From the IMG/VR virus record IMGVR_UViG_3300049846_001081: a stretch of DNA of 64,000 nt; one strand, 5' to 3'. Source of the DNA: a virus (Duplodnaviria; Caudoviricetes). The translations under genes and the position numbers were made by a program. Under the pieces are notes generated by a model. That model saw nothing but the letters and a program-made list of their open reading frames with translations, had not been told where the DNA came from and did no database searches. How positions within the stretch are numbered: position 1 is the stretch's first letter; the number at the start of each line of letters is the position of its first letter. Of the stretch, positions 57,306 through 64,000 are shown piece after piece.

Positions 57306-57901
57306 TGTTTAATCATATTCATTTAAAAAATCCTGGTGTAACCACAAGTGTTCTTCCACCACAAATCTTTCATGAAGTTATGAAAGAGATAAAAGAAATT
57401 GAGCATAATGATCATGGTTATCTCAAGATGAATAATCAACTTGCGGGTCAAATTTCAAGAGAATATCAATTACAAAAATCTCAGGAATTTATTAATCCAT
57501 TTTTAAAACAAATGGCTACAGAATATGCAAACCATTTTGATTATTATCCGAATCATTATTTTGATGTAGAAAGTCTATGGGTAAACTTTCAAAGAAAGAC
57601 TGAATATAATCCTATTCATAATCATGATGGGTTACTGAGTTTTGTATGTTGGATGCAAATTCCTTATCATCTTCAAGATGAGTATAGTGTTCAACACAGT
57701 CAGAACTCCAACATGAAAGCAGCATCCACATTTCAATTTGTTTATTCCAGTATTCTTGGAAATATTATCAATGAAAAACTTGAAGTAGATCAAGATTGGG
57801 TAGGAAGAATTGTAATGTTCCCCAGTAAACTTCTTCATACTGTTTATCCATTTTTTACAAGTGATGAGTATCGCATTTCAGTAGCAGGAAATATTTCATG
57901 A
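57293..57901 (+). CDS. 2OG-Fe(II) oxygenase (TIGR02466-like)
   Basis: WVNFQ…NPIHNHDG…FPSKLLHTVYPF…RISVAGN. Confidence 0.82.
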   Translation: MELVMFNHIHLKNPGVTTSVLPPQIFHEVMKEIKEIEHNDHGYLKMNNQLAGQISREYQLQKSQEFINPFLKQMATEYANHFDYYPNHYFDVESLWVNFQRKTEYNPIHNHDGLLSFVCWMQIPYHLQDEYSVQHSQNSNMKAASTFQFVYSSILGNIINEKLEVDQDWVGRIVMFPSKLLHTVYPFFTSDEYRISVAGNIS

Positions 57902-58524
57902 AAAAGATTATTCACATTGTAAACATTGGGGATTTCTTTCCAGAACTTTTTGCAATGACTTTTCCTACCGTGCAAGCATATGCACAAAGGAATGGATATG
58001 TGATTAATCTAATTACAGAAAGAAAGTTTCCCGATTTTCATATCAACTATGAAAAGATGCAAGTATGGGAAGATGGTAAAGACGCTGATGTAAATCTTCT
58101 GGTGGATGCTGATGTATTGATTCACCCTGGATTTCCTGATGTAGTTAACATTGTTCCTCCACATCATATTGGATTTAATGATAACTATCATGCGAGTACA
58201 AAGTTTCATACTAATCATTATTTTCTTCGTGATGGTCGTGATGTAGGCATTGCATCAAACTTTGTGGTATCTTATCGGTCTACGCATGACCTATGGAAAC
58301 CACTGACGATTACACCAGCACAAGGACGACGCATTACATTTGTGCGTGAAGGAGATATTGATGAATATTGTATTTCTCAAAACATGGCAAAGTATGGGTT
58401 AAGATATACAGGTATTACTTGGGAACCTTGGCAACGTGAGTTTCTTATACATACAGGAACAGGTGATAGAGCACTTGCACTGAAAATGGCTAATGAAGCA
58501 TTGAACAAATGGAAAAATCTATAG
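57898..58524 (+). CDS. Nucleotide-diphospho-sugar transferase-like protein
   Basis: YAQRNGY…YEKMQV…LLVDADVL motif pattern. Confidence 0.6.
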   Translation: MKKIIHIVNIGDFFPELFAMTFPTVQAYAQRNGYVINLITERKFPDFHINYEKMQVWEDGKDADVNLLVDADVLIHPGFPDVVNIVPPHHIGFNDNYHASTKFHTNHYFLRDGRDVGIASNFVVSYRSTHDLWKPLTITPAQGRRITFVREGDIDEYCISQNMAKYGLRYTGITWEPWQREFLIHTGTGDRALALKMANEALNKWKNL

Positions 58525-59609
58525 ATATTGGCTTTTTTGCTACATTAGCAAAAAGAATCGCTGTTAAAAATTATTCAAGACAATCTGTAGAAGCAGGAAT
58601 AGAAGTTCTTGAATTTGCACGACAGTTGTTTCCTTCACCAGAAGATCAAAAAAGATTTAATTGGGAAGTCGCACATCTACAAACACAAAACGCTGACTTT
58701 AAGGAACTGCAAAGAATTTTTCATGCGGAAAGAATGAATTCATCTCCGTGGGGATCTTACTGTATTCAGTATAAAAAACCAATTTGGGATGGAATTCCTG
58801 AGCAAGGAAAAACAATTCTAATGGTCGGTGAAGGTGGTTTTGGTGATGAGATTACAGCATCAAAGTTTTCTTATAATTTTAAGCAAAAAGGAATGAAAGT
58901 AATTTTTGCAACAAATTATAAGTCACTGAAGTCATCTTTAGAAAGAATTCCAACCATTGATAATGTTATAATGGTTGATGAAATTCAAAACTTTGACGAT
59001 TATGATTATTGGATTCCTTCCGTAGAATCACCATTAGCATTGAATATAGATCAAGAAGATGTACCAACTCACCAGTATCTTTTTGCGCCAGAACAATATC
59101 TAACAAAGTGGAAGTATATCATACCAGAAAGTAATAAACTTAGAGTGGGAATACGTTGGTCTGGAAATAAAGATTATGGAAATCCAGCAAATATTGCAGT
59201 TCCATATGAATATTTTAATGAATTAACTTCAATTCCAAATGTTGAAATATATTCTCTACAAAGAGATGATGGAGTTGAAGACATTCCAACAACATCAAAA
59301 ATTATTCCATTGCATAATCAGTTGGAAACATGGGAAGATACTTTCGCTGCGGTTTCTCAATTGGACTTGGTGATATCTGGTTCCACATGCATACCAATCA
59401 TTTCCGCAGGTCTAAATAAAGAAACTTGGGCAGTTCTTCATCTGTGGAGATTTACTCAATGGATGGGAACGGAAACGAAACCTTTCTTATTTGGTGATAA
59501 TGTTACATGTTATAGGCAAAGTAAAGTTGATAGTTGGAATGAACCTTTTGAAAGATTGAGAGAAGACTTATATGCAAAAGCAACACAGAAAAAACTTGAT
59601 CGTAGTTGA
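58509..59609 (+). CDS. GT-B glycosyltransferase-like protein (GT9-like), paralog of 48686..49984
   Basis: EGGFGDEI, VGIRWSGN and LDLVIS motifs. Confidence 0.7.
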   Translation: MEKSIDIGFFATLAKRIAVKNYSRQSVEAGIEVLEFARQLFPSPEDQKRFNWEVAHLQTQNADFKELQRIFHAERMNSSPWGSYCIQYKKPIWDGIPEQGKTILMVGEGGFGDEITASKFSYNFKQKGMKVIFATNYKSLKSSLERIPTIDNVIMVDEIQNFDDYDYWIPSVESPLALNIDQEDVPTHQYLFAPEQYLTKWKYIIPESNKLRVGIRWSGNKDYGNPANIAVPYEYFNELTSIPNVEIYSLQRDDGVEDIPTTSKIIPLHNQLETWEDTFAAVSQLDLVISGSTCIPIISAGLNKETWAVLHLWRFTQWMGTETKPFLFGDNVTCYRQSKVDSWNEPFERLREDLYAKATQKKLDRS

Positions 59610-60189
59610 TAACTTTTACGGATATCCAGATCAAGTAAGAGATTATGCATTAAGTGTTGAATATGAACCTGGTGGAAAAAGAAATTGGCCAGGGCGTGAT
59701 AGTATTGATGAACATGGAAAGGAAGAACTGACTGAGATGATCAGTCAAGTTGTAGGACAAAAACTTACAACAAAGTCTTGCAATAAGTGTTCTTATTTTA
59801 GAAGAACCAAAGTTGGTGAGTACGGGACACAGGATATTCACTTTGACCCAAATCCAGGATTAGTCTGGGCAGGTATCATTTACTTAACACCAACATTTCA
59901 TCCAACTGGCGGAACAAAGTTTTGGAAGCATCGTGAATTTGGATGGGAATTTGCACCAAATCAAGAACAGGCTGCGAAGTGTGGTATACATTCCCATCAA
60001 GATATGGTAAACTTCTTTAATACCGATGGAAAAGATCGTGATAAGTGGATAGAAACAGATAATATTTCTTTTAAGTATAATCGTTTAGTAATGTTCAACC
60101 CATTCATGTTTCATTCAAATGGTGAGTGGTTTGGAACTGATGACCAATCAGCAAGATTAGTTCAACTTCTATTTTTCCATGCAACATAA
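59572..60189 (+). CDS. DUF6445-like / 2OG-Fe(II)-fold protein
   Basis: IVVDNFY…IHFD…IIYLTP…GGTKF…YNRLVMF…FHS…RLVQLLF. Confidence 0.7.
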   Translation: MQKQHRKNLIVVDNFYGYPDQVRDYALSVEYEPGGKRNWPGRDSIDEHGKEELTEMISQVVGQKLTTKSCNKCSYFRRTKVGEYGTQDIHFDPNPGLVWAGIIYLTPTFHPTGGTKFWKHREFGWEFAPNQEQAAKCGIHSHQDMVNFFNTDGKDRDKWIETDNISFKYNRLVMFNPFMFHSNGEWFGTDDQSARLVQLLFFHAT

Positions 60190-60811
60190 ATTAGCAATCT
60201 TTTATCATCTCTATCAGACAGACACCGCACAATTCATTTACCAACAACAGATGCATCGGTTGTATACATCTGGTTTGGTTGATGCCGTTGAATTTATTCA
60301 TATTGGTATTAGTGGAGAACATGAGTTGTTCTCTAAACCAAGAAATGCGATCGTTCAACACAATGAATTCACCGGTGATGAAGGTGGAACGATGGTTTCT
60401 ATGATGGAATTCATCATGAAAAACCCCGATTATAAAGTATTATTCTTTCATGGAAAGGGTGCAAGTAAGAATGATATGTATCATCCACAACTTCAAGCAT
60501 GGCGTTTGTTTATGGAATACTATGTAATTGATAAGTGGAAGCAATGTTTATTCCATCTGGATGAATACAATTGTGTTGGTGTAAAAGTTAGACAAGAACC
60601 ACTTCCACACTTCAGTGGTAATTTCTGGTGGGCAAATTCAGATTATCTACAAACACTTAATCATGACTTTTTGTTTACTCGTGGATTTGAAAGAAAAGTA
60701 GACCGCGAATTGTGGATTGGAACTGGTGATTTCAAACCAAAGGATTTGCATCCCATTGATATCAATCTAAGTATGCACGAAACAATCTATACAGAAGACA
60801 ATTATCTATGA
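60179..60811 (+). CDS. Putative glycosyltransferase-associated protein
   Basis: VLFFHGKG…WR…HFSGNFWWA…ELWI motif, commonly found in phage glycosylation clusters as recalled. Confidence 0.5.
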   Translation: MQHKLAIFYHLYQTDTAQFIYQQQMHRLYTSGLVDAVEFIHIGISGEHELFSKPRNAIVQHNEFTGDEGGTMVSMMEFIMKNPDYKVLFFHGKGASKNDMYHPQLQAWRLFMEYYVIDKWKQCLFHLDEYNCVGVKVRQEPLPHFSGNFWWANSDYLQTLNHDFLFTRGFERKVDRELWIGTGDFKPKDLHPIDINLSMHETIYTEDNYL

Positions 60812-61581
60812 TTAATGTTCTTGACTATTCCAGATTGAATTCAGAATTTATCAATGCAAAGCCTTTTCATCATGTTGTGATGGATAATTTCTTTGATGAA
60901 GAAACTGCATTAGCAATTAGTCATGAATTTCCAGATTATCATTCAGATGTTTGGTATGTTTACAACAATCCATTAGAAAAGAAAAGAGCATGTAATTCTT
61001 GGAATACATTTTCCAGGAATACTTATTCCATATTTTGTTATTTAAATTCACCAGAATTCATATCAAAGTTAAAGAAGATTACTGGAATTAAAAAACTTTA
61101 TCCAGACATTGGATTGCACGGTGGTGGTATGCACATTCATGGTCAAGGAGATAAGTTAAATGTGCATCTTGATTATTCCATTCATCCAAAACTTAAACTT
61201 CAAAGAAAGTTAAATCTTATCATTTACCTTGGGGAAAACTGGAACCCAGAATGGGGTGGGCAATTAGAATTTTGGTCGCCAGATAAAAAACAATGTGTGA
61301 CTTCAATTGATACATTGTTTAATCGTGCAGTCATCTTTGATACAACACAAAATTCTTATCACGGATTGCCAAGTCCTTTGAAATGCCCAGACAATTACTA
61401 TCGTAAAAGTATTGCAGTTTATTATCTTACGGAACCAGAAAGAAATTGCCCAACACATTCAAAGGCAATTTATATTCCAACAGAAGAGCAGAAAAACAAT
61501 CCAGAAATTCAGGAGATGATTCGGAAAAGAGCAAGTATATTAACAGTCAATCAAGTATACCAATCTCTACCTAATAAATAG
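60808..61581 (+). CDS. 2OG-Fe(II) oxygenase
   Basis: PFHHVVMDNF…LHGGG…VHLD…GGQLEFW…SYHG…RKSIAVYY. Confidence 0.9.
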   Translation: MINVLDYSRLNSEFINAKPFHHVVMDNFFDEETALAISHEFPDYHSDVWYVYNNPLEKKRACNSWNTFSRNTYSIFCYLNSPEFISKLKKITGIKKLYPDIGLHGGGMHIHGQGDKLNVHLDYSIHPKLKLQRKLNLIIYLGENWNPEWGGQLEFWSPDKKQCVTSIDTLFNRAVIFDTTQNSYHGLPSPLKCPDNYYRKSIAVYYLTEPERNCPTHSKAIYIPTEEQKNNPEIQEMIRKRASILTVNQVYQSLPNK

Positions 61582-61610
61582 AAAAAGCAACTAGACGTAT
61601 AATAGTCATA

Positions 61611-63317
61611 ATGTCTCAGACAAAAGTTCAACTAGTAGCACCAGTAGGAATTGTAACTGCATCTGGAGTTAATGTCAGTGGAACGATTACTGCTACTAGT
61701 TACTCGGGAAGTGGAGCAAACTTAACTGGAGTTGGTGTAGGTACAACTGCAAGCGTTAATACATCAGGTATTATAACGGCAGTAAGTTTTTTTGGTAATG
61801 GTGCAAATTTAAGTGGTGTTGGACTTGGATCAACTGCAAGTGCATCAACCACTGGTATCGTCACCGCATCAAAGTTTGTAGGAAGTGGTATAGGTTTAAC
61901 AAATATTGGTGGACCAATTGGTGCAATCATTTATAAACCAGCAGTTGGATCATCCAATGTTGGAGTAACCACAAATATTGAAATTACATTTAGTAAACCA
62001 ATTCAAGCGGGCGTAGGAACAATTACATTAAGAACTGGAAGTGCGTCAGGTACAATTGTTGAAAGTTTTGATGTCACATCCAGCAATCGTCTTACAATCA
62101 GCACTGCAAAACTTACAATTGACCCAACCAGTGATTTGAACGAAAGCACAACATACTATGTTGTATTACCATCAGGAGTGCTTAAGGATACTTATGTTGG
62201 TATTTCAAGTAATGTTTTAATTGATACCTATAGTTTTACAACACAAGCATTTAATTATGAACTGTTTATGTGGGGATATGGCAATTATGGACAATTAGGA
62301 CAAAATGATAGAACACCACGTTCATCACCAACACAAATACCAGGAACACAGTGGTCTTTTGTTGCGAATAGTTATTTACAAACAAATGCAATCAAAACTG
62401 ATGGTACATTATGGGTATGGGGATATGGCGCTTATGGCGCATTAGCACAAAATGATCAGGTAAATCGTTCATCACCAGTTCAACTTCCAGGAACGCAGTG
62501 GGAACAAATTACAGGTGGATATTTGCATAGCTTGGCAAAGAAATCCGATGGAACTTTATGGGCATGGGGTATTGGTCTATATGGACAACTTGGACAAAAT
62601 AATACAACATATTATTCATCACCAGTACAAATTCCAGGAACACAGTGGAATCAATTGTTTTCTAATGGATATGCAGCAAACTTTAGCATTGCAAGCAAAA
62701 CTGATGGTACATTATGGGCATGGGGATATGGCGCTACTGGAAGATTGGGATTAAATAATACCATAGACCGTTCATCACCAGTACAACTCCCAGGAACACA
62801 ATGGAATACTACAAACAAATATTCAATATCTATTGGAAATGGTCATGTTCTTGCATTAAAAACTGATGGAACATTATGGTCATGGGGTTATAGTTCTTAT
62901 GGTGTTTTGGGTTTAAATAATCAAGTACAGTACTCATCGCCAATTCAAATTCCAGGAACACAATGGAGTGAGTGTAATGCAGGCGGTTATGGTAGCATGG
63001 CAATCAAATCTGATGGAACATTATGGGTGTGGGGAAGAAATGATTATGGTCAAGTGGGCATTAATGATGTAATACCACGTTCATCACCAATTCAAATCCC
63101 AGGAACACAGTGGACTAAACCAAATTCCGGAAATATCAGTTCAAGATCTCTAAAAACTGATGGAACTTTATGGATGTGGGGATATAATAATTTCGGAACA
63201 TTAGGACAAAATGACTTAACACATTATTCATCACCAAGACAAATTCCAGGAACACAATGGTATTTTGAATCAGGAGAAGTTTATGAATCATTTGCAATCA
63301 AACAAATCATACCATAA
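61611..63317 (+). CDS. RCC1-like propeller protein 4 with N-terminal fibre repeats and an Ig-like domain
   Basis: Three GI(V/I)TAxxFxGxG repeats; ITFSKPI…LTIDP…TTYYVVLPSG (Big_5-like); seven PGTQW blades; late promoter at 61574-61580. Confidence 0.85.
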   Translation: MSQTKVQLVAPVGIVTASGVNVSGTITATSYSGSGANLTGVGVGTTASVNTSGIITAVSFFGNGANLSGVGLGSTASASTTGIVTASKFVGSGIGLTNIGGPIGAIIYKPAVGSSNVGVTTNIEITFSKPIQAGVGTITLRTGSASGTIVESFDVTSSNRLTISTAKLTIDPTSDLNESTTYYVVLPSGVLKDTYVGISSNVLIDTYSFTTQAFNYELFMWGYGNYGQLGQNDRTPRSSPTQIPGTQWSFVANSYLQTNAIKTDGTLWVWGYGAYGALAQNDQVNRSSPVQLPGTQWEQITGGYLHSLAKKSDGTLWAWGIGLYGQLGQNNTTYYSSPVQIPGTQWNQLFSNGYAANFSIASKTDGTLWAWGYGATGRLGLNNTIDRSSPVQLPGTQWNTTNKYSISIGNGHVLALKTDGTLWSWGYSSYGVLGLNNQVQYSSPIQIPGTQWSECNAGGYGSMAIKSDGTLWVWGRNDYGQVGINDVIPRSSPIQIPGTQWTKPNSGNISSRSLKTDGTLWMWGYNNFGTLGQNDLTHYSSPRQIPGTQWYFESGEVYESFAIKQIIP

Positions 63318-63334
63318 ATACCTAAAAAACGATA

Positions 63335-64000
63335 ATGGCTTTAAACTTTCCTGATAGTCCTGCATTAAATGAACTATATACTGACCCAACCACAGGATTT
63401 ACATATCAGTGGAATGGAGAAGTTTGGAAAAGTGCTGTATTATCAAATCCAGATTCTATTAAAGAACTTACGGATATCTCAGCATCATTTAATGGAAGTA
63501 CTCAAACATTTGCACTGAGTATTTCTGGTGCTTCAGTTACGCCAGTCAATGCACAACAACTTATCATTAATCTTGGTGGTGTCATTCAAAATGCAGGAAC
63601 TGATTATACCGTATCAGGAAGTAATATTACCTTTACAACAGCACCAGCATCAGGTCTTTCATTCACTGGATTGTTTGTTGGTTCTGCAATTTCATTAAAT
63701 TCTGTTGCAAGTAATTCAGTAGAACCACAAGACCTTACAACTGGTGGACCCACATGGAATACTGCTGGTGGTGTTAGAATTTCTGGTGTTGCAACAATTT
63801 CTAATACTGGTTCTGCAACTACTGCATTATATGTTGCTGGTGGTGCAAGAATCACTGGTATTCTGACTGTTGGTTCATCAAGTGTTACGATTGATGGAAC
63901 AAATGATTCTATTAAAGTCGGTACTGGTCTTACTGTTAATGCATCGGGAATTACTGCAGGTATAATTACAGCAACTACTTTCTATGGTGATGGAAGTAGT
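63335..64000 (+). CDS. Tail-fibre-type protein, truncated by the window end, not in the ORF track
   Basis: MALNFPDSP…FTYQWNGEVW…SFNGSTQTF…LGGVIQ…ITFTTAP…GIITATTFYGDGS; open to the end; late promoter at 63314-63320. Confidence 0.85.
   Translation, partial: MALNFPDSPALNELYTDPTTGFTYQWNGEVWKSAVLSNPDSIKELTDISASFNGSTQTFALSISGASVTPVNAQQLIINLGGVIQNAGTDYTVSGSNITFTTAPASGLSFTGLFVGSAISLNSVASNSVEPQDLTTGGPTWNTAGGVRISGVATISNTGSATTALYVAGGARITGILTVGSSSVTIDGTNDSIKVGTGLTVNASGITAGIITATTFYGDGSS

Larger units (their letters stand above)
44600..63270 (+). repeat. Dispersed family of 28 in-frame propeller-blade repeats in four genes
   Basis: Recurrent DNA words TCATCACC…CAAATTCCAGGAACACAATGG and AAAACTGATGGAAC…TGGG, plus an exact 49-nt repeat at 46543-46591 and 47281-47329. 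Confidence 0.9.

Noticed and set aside
44600-63270. Regularly spaced ~30-nt DNA repeats with variable spacers, resembling a CRISPR array
   Set aside because: The repeats are in frame inside long ORFs, vary at synonymous positions, have a ~150-nt period of two alternating motifs, and no cas genes are present. They are protein blade repeats.
44502-63317. Diversity-generating retroelement acting on the propellers
   Set aside because: No reverse transcriptase and no template/variable repeat pair with adenine-only differences was seen in the window.
44512-63855. Short minus-strand ORFs across the fibre and enzyme region (e.g. 44512, 45325, 46704, 47226, 53722, 54309, 61700, 63604)
   Set aside because: They are antisense to long, motif-supported + strand genes, and their repeated look mirrors the blade repeats.

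Overview
This 64 kb window comes from a T4-like cyanophage (myovirus). It is AT-rich, and the psbA-psbD pair with a PhotoRC-II-like leader points to a picocyanobacterial host; a freshwater lineage is plausible but is inference. Layout: (1) 0.1-10.8 kb, + strand: psbA, psbD, glutaredoxin, speD, a glutamine-riboswitch/DUF4278 locus, thyX, phoH, an exonuclease, gp33, gp59 and gp32. (2) 10.8-13.6 kb, - strand: gp53, gp48, gp2 and gp4. (3) 13.7-31.2 kb: tail tube and baseplate genes (gp54/19-like, gp26, gp51, two tape-measure-like proteins, a hub protein, CP12, gp5-like, a large PA14-like protein). (4) 31.2-33.3 kb: small ORFs, tRNA-Leu(TAA), tRNA-Thr(TGT) and a Mom-like DNA-modification gene. (5) 33.3-44.5 kb: large tail-fibre-type proteins. 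(6) 44.5-63.3 kb: an island of four 7-bladed RCC1-like propeller genes interleaved with 18 tailoring enzymes (8 2OG-Fe(II) oxygenase-like, 8 glycosyltransferase-like, 1 sulfotransferase, 1 methyltransferase), then another fibre gene running off the end. The best candidates for a second look are the propeller/hydroxylase/glycosyltransferase island, the 28 constant-variable propeller blades, and a glutamine aptamer whose P2 loop appears to contain an entire ORF. All family assignments come from motif recognition by eye; no database searches were run.
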